Source: Deltaproteobacteria bacterium (GTDB lineage Bacteria > Desulfobacterota > Binatia > Binatales > Binataceae). Taken from it: a stretch of 64,000 bases of DNA. Within the stretch, counting starts at the first letter, position 1, and the number at the start of each line of letters is the position of its first letter. Location of the stretch: positions 17,776-81,775 of the forward strand of contig JAKAVC010000138.1 in the NCBI GenBank assembly GCA_021817345.1, given 5' to 3'. Position numbers and translations under genes: made by a program. Below, in pieces: positions 20,908 through 30,208 of the stretch. The notes below the pieces were generated by a model. It was not told where the DNA came from. It did not search any database and saw nothing but the letters and a program-made list of their open reading frames with translations.

Positions 20908-21615
20908 GTGGCGCGTGTTATCGTCCTCCAACATCATGGATGCGAGACTCTCGGTGCGATTGGCGACGCGCTGCGGCGCGCGCAAATCGAGTGGAGTTAC
21001 CTCTCGCTCGCCGACCCGGCGTCGCCGGCTCCAGAGGTTGGCGAAGCTGACGCGCTGATCGTTCTCGGCGGTCCGTTCAGCGTCTATCTTCCCGAGTATC
21101 ATTCCTTCGTACGGCGCGAGATGGAATTGATTCGAAGCATGTTGGAACTCGGCAGACCGATTCTTGGCATTTGCCTTGGAAGCCAGCTTCTGGCGGCGGT
21201 TCTTGGCGCGGCCGTTTACCGCGCAAGCGCCCCGGAGATAGGGTGGCTGCCGGTTGAGCTTGAACCGCAGGCGTGCGACGACCGACTCTTCCATGGTCTG
21301 CCTTCTTCCTTCATCACCTGCGTCTGGCACGGCGACCTTTTCGACTTGCCGCGCGGCGCCGTTTCGCTGGCCCGCACGCAGATGACGCGATGCCATGCGT
21401 TCCGTTATGGGACGAACGTCTACGGTTTGCTGTTCCATCTTGAAATGCAGCCGGCGATGGTCGCGGCATGCGTCAACGCCTTCGAACCGCGCCTTCGCCA
21501 GGTCGGCATCGATCCAGCACGCTGCGTCGCGGAGGCGGACGCTCATCTCGCCAGGCTGGCGCCCGTGGCCGAGACCGTCTTCAGGCGCTGGGCCGAGCTG
21601 GTAGTCGGGCACTAG
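20908..21615 (+). CDS. Type 1 glutamine amidotransferase
   Basis: LGICLGSQL nucleophile elbow, WHGD, FHLE. Confidence 0.88.
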   Translation: MARVIVLQHHGCETLGAIGDALRRAQIEWSYLSLADPASPAPEVGEADALIVLGGPFSVYLPEYHSFVRREMELIRSMLELGRPILGICLGSQLLAAVLGAAVYRASAPEIGWLPVELEPQACDDRLFHGLPSSFITCVWHGDLFDLPRGAVSLARTQMTRCHAFRYGTNVYGLLFHLEMQPAMVAACVNAFEPRLRQVGIDPARCVAEADAHLARLAPVAETVFRRWAELVVGH

Positions 21616-21900
21616 AAGCAGTCTCATAAACACCGTCGAAGCAGGCTGAGGATACAAGGGAGGCTGGTGGTTAAACTGCGGATCACAGCGAACGTTCTCG
21701 ATTCCGCGGCTGGGTGATGTGAGCGAGCGAATTATTCTTCAGAACATGCTTGATCGGACCAGTCTGTTGCGGCCGCAAAGCGGTATCGGAATCTTTCAGG
21801 CGATGTATGCGCCGGGACTGGCGGTCTATAAAAGGGTAAGCATACCCCTGTCGGCATTTTAGCGGTGGCGGGCGCGCGTCGCGGCGGCCAGGTGACAATA

Positions 21901-23196
21901 TCATGCCGGCGCGCGCGAATCTTCGCGGGACCGGGCGGCGCGGCGGTGACCGGTCTCGGGCAGCAGGTACATCGCGATTATCGGGAGCGCCTGGAACGCG
22001 AGAAATCCGAGCATCACGGCCCTAAGTCCGACGCGCGACGCAATCGCGCCGCCCAGAAACGGAGAGACGAACGCGGCGGCGTAGCCCACCGACCACACGA
22101 AGGCGAGCGCCGTGCCCATCTTCTCGGGGGTCATCCCCGGCAGTTCCATCACCAGCGTCGTGATCGGAGCAAGCGAGCCGGCCGCGCCGATTCCGACCAT
22201 CACGAGCGCGACCTTGATCCATCCGTGGCTCGGAAGCAGGATCGCGCCGAGACTTCCGGCCAGTGTGAGTAGCGCTATCGGCCACGTGAAGGGTTTGCGC
22301 AGCCCGGTCAATCCGGTTGCGAATCCGCCACCCGCCGCGGCGAAGATTCCCGCAAGTGGCAGCACCGAGGTGATCGCCGATGCCTGCGTCAGGCCCATCG
22401 CGCGATACTCGCGAAAATACTGCGGCAGGAACGTGGCGTAGAGCTGGAACACCCACATCCCGCCGAACAGTCCGATCGCGACCAGCACGATATTGCGCAT
22501 CCGCATGACTTCACGCAGCACCGACTCGCGCACGGCGCCAAGCGGATTCATCGCGATCGACTCGCGCGCGCGACTGCGATGCTCGCGGCCGAAGAGGGTC
22601 CAGAGTATCGCCACGACCAGGCACAGGATTCCGTAATAGCGAAGCACCGCATCCCACGACGACGCGCTTGCGAGATAAAGCCGCGCAGTGATCGCATAGA
22701 CCGCGGTCAGGCTGACATACGAGCAGAGCGCGTTGAACATGTTGATGTACGGCCATTCGCGCTCGCCGAACCATTGCATCACGAGCGCCCCCGGCGGCGC
22801 GATCAGAAGCCCGAAGCCGATCCCCTCGCCGATGCGCCATCCGAGCAACTCTCCGAAGCTGCGGCTGTATCCGCTCATGAACTGAGCGCCCGCCATGATC
22901 CACAGCCCGAGCAGAAGCGAGCGCAGCGCGCCCATCCGCTCCATCACCACCGCCCCAAGCATCGAAAAGGCGGCGATACAGAGCGCGATTATCGAGACGA
23001 TAAGGCCCGCCTGTCCGAGCGAGAGCCGAAGGCTCCGCATTATCGGGCCGAGGATCGGCGCGGGAGCGAGCCAGATGAGCGTCTGGCAGATGAGGGTCAG
23101 GAAAAGAAGGACTTCGATCGCCCATCGGTAGGATGAAAGCGGTTCTTGTGATTGAGGCATCGGGGGAGCCACCTCTGGGGGCGAATATTTTTCCAT
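21901..23196 (-). CDS. MFS transporter (start may be 23160)
   Basis: About 12 hydrophobic segments, QWFGERE loop motif. Confidence 0.85.
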   Translation of the reverse strand: MEKYSPPEVAPPMPQSQEPLSSYRWAIEVLLFLTLICQTLIWLAPAPILGPIMRSLRLSLGQAGLIVSIIALCIAAFSMLGAVVMERMGALRSLLLGLWIMAGAQFMSGYSRSFGELLGWRIGEGIGFGLLIAPPGALVMQWFGEREWPYINMFNALCSYVSLTAVYAITARLYLASASSWDAVLRYYGILCLVVAILWTLFGREHRSRARESIAMNPLGAVRESVLREVMRMRNIVLVAIGLFGGMWVFQLYATFLPQYFREYRAMGLTQASAITSVLPLAGIFAAAGGGFATGLTGLRKPFTWPIALLTLAGSLGAILLPSHGWIKVALVMVGIGAAGSLAPITTLVMELPGMTPEKMGTALAFVWSVGYAAAFVSPFLGGAIASRVGLRAVMLGFLAFQALPIIAMYLLPETGHRRAARSREDSRAPA

Positions 23197-23242
23197 AGCT
23201 AGCGCGCATCGTGGCGGCGCCGCCAGCCGGGCGTGCGATCCG

Positions 23243-24535
23243 CTATCTGAGCTTGACCTCGCCGCTTGCCCACGCGGCGTATCCCGCCATCCCAAGCAGG
23301 TAGACGGCCGCGATTGTGTAAAAGACGGCGGCGAACGAGCCGGTTGCCTTCAGGATGAAGCCCGCGGCCGCGACGCCGACGATGCCAGGGACGGCGGCGA
23401 TCGTGTTCGACACGCCCATCAGCACGCCCGCGTATCGCGGCCCGACGTCGAGATGGTTTACGCCGTATGCGGCAAGGCCGACGCCGTTGAACGCGGCCGA
23501 AACCGTGACCAGCGCGATGGCGGTCCACGGCGTGGATACGGCGGGCAGCGCGAGCAGCGCAGCGGCGCCGCCAAGGAACGAGGCGGACTGAAGCGTCTTG
23601 CGCACGGTTCCAACGCGCACGCCGCGCCATCGCATCCAGTCGGCGAGCCATCCCGCGCCGTTGCTTGCGAAGAACGTCGCGACCCACGGAACGAGCGCAT
23701 ACGCGCCGATTCTCGCGAGCGGAACGCCGAAGGTGCGTTCGAGGTAGGTCGGGAGCCATAGCAGCAGGATGTTGAAACCGAAGTTGCTGCAGAAATGGGC
23801 GAGCACGATCGCCCACACCGCTTTCTCGCGGAGCATCGCGGTCCACGGTATCGCGCCCGCAAGTGGCGCTTCGGGGCGGTCGGCAAGAATCGTTTCGAGT
23901 TCGCCGCGCGTGACGCGGCGCGATTGCTCCGGCGTATCGGTGACACAGAGCAGCCAAGCCGCGACCCAAACCACTCCGAGCGCGCCCGAAAGATAGAACA
24001 GCCACGGCCATCCAAGCGCGACAATTATCGGCGGGCTTGCGAGCAACGCGAGGACCGTTCCGAGGTACATCCCGCTGAAGTTGAGCGAAATTACCCGCGA
24101 ACGCTCGCCCGCCCGCGTCCATCGCGCGGCGATACTATGGACTGCGGGAAAGTTGACGGCCTCGCCGAGCCCGAGCAGGACCCGCGCGGCGAGCAGAAGG
24201 ACGAAGGCGGCGCTCGCGGCGGGCGTGAGCAGCGTCGCCAGCGACCAGATCGCAACGCCGCTCGCGAGCACCCGTCTGCCGCCGAATCGATCGGCGACCC
24301 ATCCGCCGCCGAGCTGCGGCCAGATATAGCCCCAGAAAAACGCCGACAGGACGAGGCCCTGGGCCGCGGCGTCGTAGCCGCGGTCACGGGCAAGCGGGAT
24401 TATCGCGACCGAGATGCTTACACGGTCGACGTAGCAAAGCACCGTGGCGAGCGAGAACAGGCCCACCACCGTGTAGCGCCGGGGCCAAGGAGAGGATGCT
24501 GCGATGTCCGCACGGGCCGATACGGGCTTGGTCAT
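23243..24535 (-). CDS. ACS-family (SLC17-like) MFS transporter
   Basis: YVDRVSISVA, SAFFWGY, ADRFGGRR, GLGEAVNFPA, NHLDVGPRYAG. Confidence 0.9.
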   Translation of the reverse strand: MTKPVSARADIAASSPWPRRYTVVGLFSLATVLCYVDRVSISVAIIPLARDRGYDAAAQGLVLSAFFWGYIWPQLGGGWVADRFGGRRVLASGVAIWSLATLLTPAASAAFVLLLAARVLLGLGEAVNFPAVHSIAARWTRAGERSRVISLNFSGMYLGTVLALLASPPIIVALGWPWLFYLSGALGVVWVAAWLLCVTDTPEQSRRVTRGELETILADRPEAPLAGAIPWTAMLREKAVWAIVLAHFCSNFGFNILLLWLPTYLERTFGVPLARIGAYALVPWVATFFASNGAGWLADWMRWRGVRVGTVRKTLQSASFLGGAAALLALPAVSTPWTAIALVTVSAAFNGVGLAAYGVNHLDVGPRYAGVLMGVSNTIAAVPGIVGVAAAGFILKATGSFAAVFYTIAAVYLLGMAGYAAWASGEVKLR

Positions 24536-24637
24536 GATCGGCGCGCGAGCTTAGCCGGGGCCGCAGCCAAGTGCCAGCCGACGGCCGCCAACGTCGGCCG
24601 GGGTCGGCTCCTGACCGGGCGGAACGGGGCTTTAAGC

Positions 24638-25066
24638 TTAGCGGCCGAGGGCCTGACGAATCGTGGTCAGGATGTAGACGAAGTCACGCTGCGAGCGGAC
24701 TTCACCCATCAGGGCCACTCTCGACAGCATCTCCATCTCTTCATTGGTGATGTTGTGGATGCGGCGCAACTGCTCATTGTGACGGAATTCCTCCCACGCC
24801 GAGCTGTCGGGCGCCTCCTCCTCGGTGTTGAGCAAGGCCTGGGCGCGTGGGTTGGCGAGGAAGAACAACTCGCGCCGATCCAGTCCCAGCACCTCGGCCA
24901 GCCGCGAGACGATTTTATCCGACGGGTGGCGCTTGCCGGACTCGAGATGTCCAACATAAGGGGTTGATGTTTTGATTCGCCGCGCGACATCCTCCTGCGT
25001 CAGGTCAAGCTGACGCCGACGCTCGCGAATCACCTGTCCGAAGCTGCGCTCCTTGGTTCGGGCCAT
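24638..25066 (-). CDS. XRE-family HTH regulator
   Basis: FGQVIRERRRQLDLTQEDVA...YVGHLESGKRHPS; GGAGAG RBS. Confidence 0.88.
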   Translation of the reverse strand: MARTKERSFGQVIRERRRQLDLTQEDVARRIKTSTPYVGHLESGKRHPSDKIVSRLAEVLGLDRRELFFLANPRAQALLNTEEEAPDSSAWEEFRHNEQLRRIHNITNEEMEMLSRVALMGEVRSQRDFVYILTTIRQALGR

Positions 25067-25134
25067 GTCCTCTCTCTCCGCCGCCCGGGCCGTTCCGAGC
25101 GGAAAGATACCAACAAGCTGTCAGAATTAATACG

Positions 25135-25149
25135 CTTACAAACTGTAAG
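25135..25149. promoter_or_regulatory. Dyad upstream of the XRE gene (possible autoregulatory operator)
   Basis: CTTACA-AAC-TGTAAG in an AT-rich patch. Confidence 0.45.
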
Positions 25150-25309
25150 TAGCACGATATCGTCAAAGTGGCAACAGGAGGCTAGCAGGTTTTAATGAAG
25201 CTAAATGACCGCGTGTCGGCGGATTTACGATACGGATGCATCCAGGGCGCGGAGTTAGCCGGGCCGCCGCCACGAAGTCCGGCCGCCGCCGACCCGGCTG
25301 AACAGGCCT

Positions 25310-25663
25310 TCAATTGCCGTACGGATTGCGGCCGTGGTTCAGGTAAAGCGAAAATTCGGCGACTCCGGGCAGTGCGCGCGGGGGACTGCGGAACGGCGCG
25401 ACCTCGCCGGCCTTCAGGTCGTTCAGCGAGATCGTGTCCTGCCCGAGCTTTTGCCCGTCCCTTGCGTAATAGTGGACCTCGAGGTCGATGCCGACCGGGC
25501 GCGAGCCGGTGTTCTTGACCTTGCCTACCACGAAGACTTTGCCGTTGTCGCGCTCGAGGCGGCTGGCCAGCACCTGGACCGGCTGCACGTCGAAGAGCGA
25601 GTGGAAAACCAGCGCCATGAACACCAGTGACGTGACGAGAATGAGCAGGCTTCCCTTCTTCAC
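25310..25663 (-). CDS. Membrane-anchored FxLYD-like (Ig-like) hypothetical protein
   Basis: N-terminal TM; GKVKNTG...VHYYARDGQKLG...LKAGEVAPF pattern. Confidence 0.65.
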   Translation of the reverse strand: MKKGSLLILVTSLVFMALVFHSLFDVQPVQVLASRLERDNGKVFVVGKVKNTGSRPVGIDLEVHYYARDGQKLGQDTISLNDLKAGEVAPFRSPPRALPGVAEFSLYLNHGRNPYGN

Positions 25664-25695
25664 GGTTCTTCAGGCCCGAACCTGGCGCGCGCCCA

Positions 25696-26862
25696 TCAAT
25701 AGGAGCGCGGAAGCCCGAGCACGTGCTCGCTGATGGAATTAAGCACCATCTCCTGCGAAACCGGGGCAATCTTCAGAAGCCGGCATTCGCGAAAATAGCG
25801 TTCGACGTCGTAATCGCGGACGTACCCGTATCCGCCGAGGGTCTGGACCGCGCGGTCGCAGGCCTCGAAGGCCGCGTCGGCGGCGCGCAGCTTGGCGGTG
25901 TTCGCTTCGGGACCGCAGGGCTTTCGATGGTCGAAAAGCCACGCCGCCTTCATCATCATGAGTTCCGCCGCTTCCAGCTTGGTGTACACGTCGGCAAGCG
26001 GATGGGCGATTGCCTGGTTCTGGCCGATCGGCCGTCCGAACACCACCCGTTCCTTCGCGTAGCGTACCGCCTTGGCGAGCGCGGCGCGCCCGATCCCGAT
26101 CCCCTCGGCAGCGACCAGAATTCGTTCCGGGTTGAGCCCGTCGAGCAGCGAATGAAATCCGCGGCCCTCGCCGCCGATCAGATCGGAGGCCGGGACCTTC
26201 AGGTTGTCGATGAAGAGCATGTTGGTATCGACAGCCGCGCGGCCGAGCTTGTGCAGTTCGCGCACTTCGACAGCCGAGGGATCGATGTCGGCGAAAAACA
26301 GCGTCATCCCGTCGGTCTTCTTCGCGACCTTCTCGAACGGCGTGGTGCGCGTCAGAATGAGCATCTTCCTGGACTCGCGCGCCTTGGTGGTGAACACCTT
26401 GCGGCCGTTGAGAATGTAGTAATCGCCCTCGCGCCGGGCGAAGGTGCGGATATGAGTGATGTCGTTGCCGGCGTCGGGCTCGGTGACCGCGAAGGATACG
26501 TGCATCTCGCCGCGCACAACCGGGGGCAAGAAGCGGCGCTTTTGCTCCTTGGTGCCGTGGAAAACGATCGGGCTCACACCGAAGATGGAGAGATGGATCG
26601 CACTTGCGGCGGACATCGCGCCGCCCGAAGCGGCCACTTCGCGCATCACAAGCGCGGCTTCGGTGATTCCGAGTCCGCTTCCGCCGTACGCCTCGGGGAT
26701 CGCGACGCCCAGATACCCGGCCTTCGCGATCGCGTCATAGAAGTCGTTCGGGAACTCGCCCTTGCGGTCGCACTCGCGCCAGTATTCGTCGTCGAAGCGC
26801 GACGCAAGCGTCCGCACCTGGCGGACGATCTCTTCCTGGGCGGACGTGAGTTCGAAGTCCAT
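25696..26862 (-). CDS. Acyl-CoA dehydrogenase
   Basis: FAVTEPDAG, LNGRKVFTT, RVVFGRPIGQNQ, LGGYGY. Confidence 0.95.
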   Translation of the reverse strand: MDFELTSAQEEIVRQVRTLASRFDDEYWRECDRKGEFPNDFYDAIAKAGYLGVAIPEAYGGSGLGITEAALVMREVAASGGAMSAASAIHLSIFGVSPIVFHGTKEQKRRFLPPVVRGEMHVSFAVTEPDAGNDITHIRTFARREGDYYILNGRKVFTTKARESRKMLILTRTTPFEKVAKKTDGMTLFFADIDPSAVEVRELHKLGRAAVDTNMLFIDNLKVPASDLIGGEGRGFHSLLDGLNPERILVAAEGIGIGRAALAKAVRYAKERVVFGRPIGQNQAIAHPLADVYTKLEAAELMMMKAAWLFDHRKPCGPEANTAKLRAADAAFEACDRAVQTLGGYGYVRDYDVERYFRECRLLKIAPVSQEMVLNSISEHVLGLPRSY

Positions 26863-27182
26863 AAACCAATCCTCGTCGTGGCAAATCGCCGCCCGCGCCA
26901 GGCTCCGCCGTCACCGATTCAAGACTCCGCGAGCGCCCCGCGCGGATTCTGACGCGGCGCGCGGACGGGATTTTTTATCCGCTGATGCCGGCGCGCGCGG
27001 CAGATGCATTCTTTCCAGGCGTCATCACATACCAGTTCGCTAATTTCCTCAAGGCGGAGCGGCCATTTTGGCCGCGCACGGAAGAAATCGCCGCCGGGTA
27101 TAAAACTTGAATTCCGAATCCCGCGTTTGCGGCTTCGCTCCCGCCTTGAGGCGAGCAAAGCGCCAATTTGGAGGAAGAAAGC

Positions 27183-28529
27183 GTGACTATCGCAAGCCGA
27201 ACCTTGCGCGTGATGGCTGCCAGCCTGCTCGCTGCATTGCTTATTGCAACGGGGGGCAATGTGTTTGCGCAGGAAGCCAGTGCCTCGACAAGCCAGCAGG
27301 CAAAGATTGACAAGCTCACCAGGCAAATCGAGAAGCTGAGGCAGGAGCGCGCCAGACTTGTTACGGAAGTCAAGAAACTCAAGGCCAAGGCCGTTCCCGC
27401 CGCCGCACCTACGCCGGAGCCGGCGCTTTCGACACCGGCGATTGCGGGTCCGCTGTCGGCGGCAAGTCCAAGGCAGATCGATCTCCCGATTCCCGGCGTC
27501 AGCAATATTCCAGGGATCTCGGACCTGACGAAATTCGACATAAACGGGATCGTAAGCGGCATCGGTCTCGTTCAGAACAACACGACCAGCGCGGACAGGA
27601 CCGATCGCGCCGACGTCAGCAACGCGTTTGCGATCATCCAGAAGGCGGATGGCCCCGTGCAATTCTATCTGCAGGCCGGCGCGTACAGCATCCCGGCGCT
27701 CGGAACGCCGTACATCTCGGCGGGCAAAGCGATCGACGGCTTGTACGGGCCGTTGCCGGTCGCGTACCTGAAATTCGCTCCGAACGACAGCTTCTCCATC
27801 GAGGCGGGCAACCTGCCCACGCTGATTGGCGCGGAGTACACGTTCACGTTCGAGAACATGAATATCGAGCGCGGGCTCCTGTGGAACCAGGAGAACGCGG
27901 TAAATCGCGGCGTGCAGCTCAACTACGCGCAAGGCCCTCTGAGCGCTTCGCTGAGCTGGAACAACGGCTTTTACTCGAACAGCTACACCTGGCTTACCGG
28001 CTCGCTCGCATGGGCGATCGACTCGGCCAACACACTCAGCGTTGTCGGCGGCGGCAACCTGGGGTTTTCGAAGTTCTCAAACTTCGCGACGCCGCTTCTG
28101 CAGAACAACAGCCAGATCTACAATGTCATCTATACCTACAATGCGTCGCCATGGATCGTGACGCCTTATTTCCAGTGGACCTACGTACCGAAGAACGACC
28201 AAATCGGGGTCCTCAAATCGACCTCGACGATCGGCGGCGCTATTCTCGCGAGCTACGCGGTCACGGATCAATTCTTCATCGCGGTCCGCGGAGAATATAT
28301 CGGCAGCACCGGCAACAGCACCGACGGCTCCGCCAACCTTTTGTACGGTCCGGGGAGTAGCGCGTGGTCTCTGACCGCAACGCCGACCTACCAGTACAGG
28401 AACTACTTCGTGCGCGGCGAAGTGTCATACGTGCACGCGGAGAATTATACGTCGGGCGACGTGTTCGGCTCGCTCGGCACGAATCCTTCGCGGGTCGTCG
28501 GCGCGCTCGAAACAGGGCTCTTCTTCTAA
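27183..28529 (+). CDS. Outer-membrane beta-barrel porin (BBP2/DUF1597-like) with N-terminal coiled coil
   Basis: GGAGG RBS then GTG; signal peptide ending VFA; PTLIGAEY, RGLLWNQE; C-terminal Phe. Confidence 0.8.
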   Translation: MTIASRTLRVMAASLLAALLIATGGNVFAQEASASTSQQAKIDKLTRQIEKLRQERARLVTEVKKLKAKAVPAAAPTPEPALSTPAIAGPLSAASPRQIDLPIPGVSNIPGISDLTKFDINGIVSGIGLVQNNTTSADRTDRADVSNAFAIIQKADGPVQFYLQAGAYSIPALGTPYISAGKAIDGLYGPLPVAYLKFAPNDSFSIEAGNLPTLIGAEYTFTFENMNIERGLLWNQENAVNRGVQLNYAQGPLSASLSWNNGFYSNSYTWLTGSLAWAIDSANTLSVVGGGNLGFSKFSNFATPLLQNNSQIYNVIYTYNASPWIVTPYFQWTYVPKNDQIGVLKSTSTIGGAILASYAVTDQFFIAVRGEYIGSTGNSTDGSANLLYGPGSSAWSLTATPTYQYRNYFVRGEVSYVHAENYTSGDVFGSLGTNPSRVVGALETGLFF

Positions 28530-28788
28530 TCGATATGGTAATGACCGGCGGCGATTCGCGGATCGCGCAGGTTAACGCCGCGAAGCGGAGAATCTTAGCC
28601 GGAACCACATGCGAAATAAGCCAGTCGCTGAACAATGACGACGAGTCGCATCCGGGGCGGCCGCGCGCCAGCACGGCCGCCCCGATTTTTGAGGCCCGCA
28701 TGCCAGCCGAAGACGGCCCCGGCCGCGGTTTCGCTCCCCGCATCGCCGATGATACGATGACGCGAGGTTTGGTTGGGTTTTACCCGCT

Positions 28789-30177
28789 ATGGCGGAAGGA
28801 AAGCGCGTACTGGTCGCCGAAGACCATCCGAGAACGCGCCGGCTGTGGAACGAGCTGATCTCCTCCTGGGGCTATGAGGTTCAGGCCGCGGAGGACGGCA
28901 TCCAGGTGCTCGAGCTTGTCCATAATTTCGAGCCCCATATCCTCCTGCTCGATCTCAAACTGCCGGGACGCGACGGAATCGGCGTGCTCGAAGAAATACA
29001 GCGCCAGGGACTCCCGCTCACGACCATCATCATCTCCGGCGAGGGCGATATCCCCGACGCCGTCAAGTGCATCAAGCTTGGCGCTTACGATTACCTGCGC
29101 AAGCCGGTCGATCCGGTCAGGCTGCGGCAGATGCTGAGCAACCTGACCGCGCATCTGAACGTCACCGAAGAAAACCAGCGTCTCAGGCTTCGGCTGATGG
29201 GGACCGGCGAACTTGGCTCGATGATCGGACGCTCGCTTGCGACGCGCCGGGTGATGGCGCTGATCGAGCAGGCCGCGCCCAGCTCCGCCTCCGTGATTAT
29301 CCGCGGCGACAGCGGAACCGGCAAAGAGATCGTGGCGCGCACGCTGCACGAACTCTCGCCGCGGCGCAACGGGCCGTATGTGGCTATCAACTGCGCCGCG
29401 TTGCCGGAGACCCTGATGGAAAGCGAACTGTTCGGCCACGAACGCGGCGCTTTCACCGGCGCGGAGCATCGGCGCCCCGGATGCTTTGAGCTTGCCAACG
29501 GCGGCACGCTGCTGCTCGACGAAATCACGGAGATGAAGCCTGAATTGCAGGCAAAGCTGCTGCGAGTGATCGAAGAGCGCCGGCTGCGGCGCCTGGGCGG
29601 AACGACCGACGTCCCCGTTGACGTCCGGGTGCTTGCCGCGACCAATCGCCCGTTACACGAGGCGCTGGGCGGGGGACGGCTGCGCGAGGACCTCTATTAT
29701 CGCCTCGCGGTCTTCACTATCGAACTGTCGCCGCTGTCGGAGCGAACCGAGGACATACCGCCGCTGGTCGATTTGTTCATCCGCCAGTTCGCCAACGCCA
29801 ATGGCAAGCCGATCGCCGGCGCCGACGACGCCTGCCTGGAGGCCCTCAAGGCGCGCTCGTGGCCGGGCAACGTCCGCGAGCTGCGCAATGTAATAGAGCG
29901 CGCGGTTATCGTCAGCCGCGGCCCCCTGCTCACGCTCGCGGACCTTCCGCCCGAGCCTGTTCGCAACGGCGGGAGCAAAGAGAAGGCCTCCGGCGTTTCC
30001 CCGGCGCTTCCCGTTGGAACGCCGCTCAAGGAGGTCGAGCGCGAACTGATTCTGAAGACGCTGGAGAGAGTCGGAGGTAATCGGCTCAAGGCGGCGCAGA
30101 TTCTCGGAATCAGTCCGAGAACCCTCTACAACAAATTGGAACGCTACTCGGGCGCCGACGGACCGGAAAAGGAGTAA
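28789..30177 (+). CDS. Sigma54-dependent response regulator (NtrC/AtoC family)
   Basis: Receiver domain, GDSGTGKE, ESELFGHERGAFTGA, LDEI, WPGNVREL, Fis-type HTH. Confidence 0.95.
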   Translation: MAEGKRVLVAEDHPRTRRLWNELISSWGYEVQAAEDGIQVLELVHNFEPHILLLDLKLPGRDGIGVLEEIQRQGLPLTTIIISGEGDIPDAVKCIKLGAYDYLRKPVDPVRLRQMLSNLTAHLNVTEENQRLRLRLMGTGELGSMIGRSLATRRVMALIEQAAPSSASVIIRGDSGTGKEIVARTLHELSPRRNGPYVAINCAALPETLMESELFGHERGAFTGAEHRRPGCFELANGGTLLLDEITEMKPELQAKLLRVIEERRLRRLGGTTDVPVDVRVLAATNRPLHEALGGGRLREDLYYRLAVFTIELSPLSERTEDIPPLVDLFIRQFANANGKPIAGADDACLEALKARSWPGNVRELRNVIERAVIVSRGPLLTLADLPPEPVRNGGSKEKASGVSPALPVGTPLKEVERELILKTLERVGGNRLKAAQILGISPRTLYNKLERYSGADGPEKE

Positions 30178-30208
30178 TTCCGCATCCGGACGTCGTTCAG
30201 GACGCAGC

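Noticed and set aside
21616-21900. Small ORF 21683-21904 in a lower-GC gap
   Set aside because: No RBS or motif; overlaps the MFS stop; likely intergenic or a remnant
27183-28529. Porin as the beta-barrel partner of a short Wza
   Set aside because: This Wza keeps a C-terminal amphipathic helix (IANVDLFVKQYIQGLLP) and the porin lies outside the operon on the other strand
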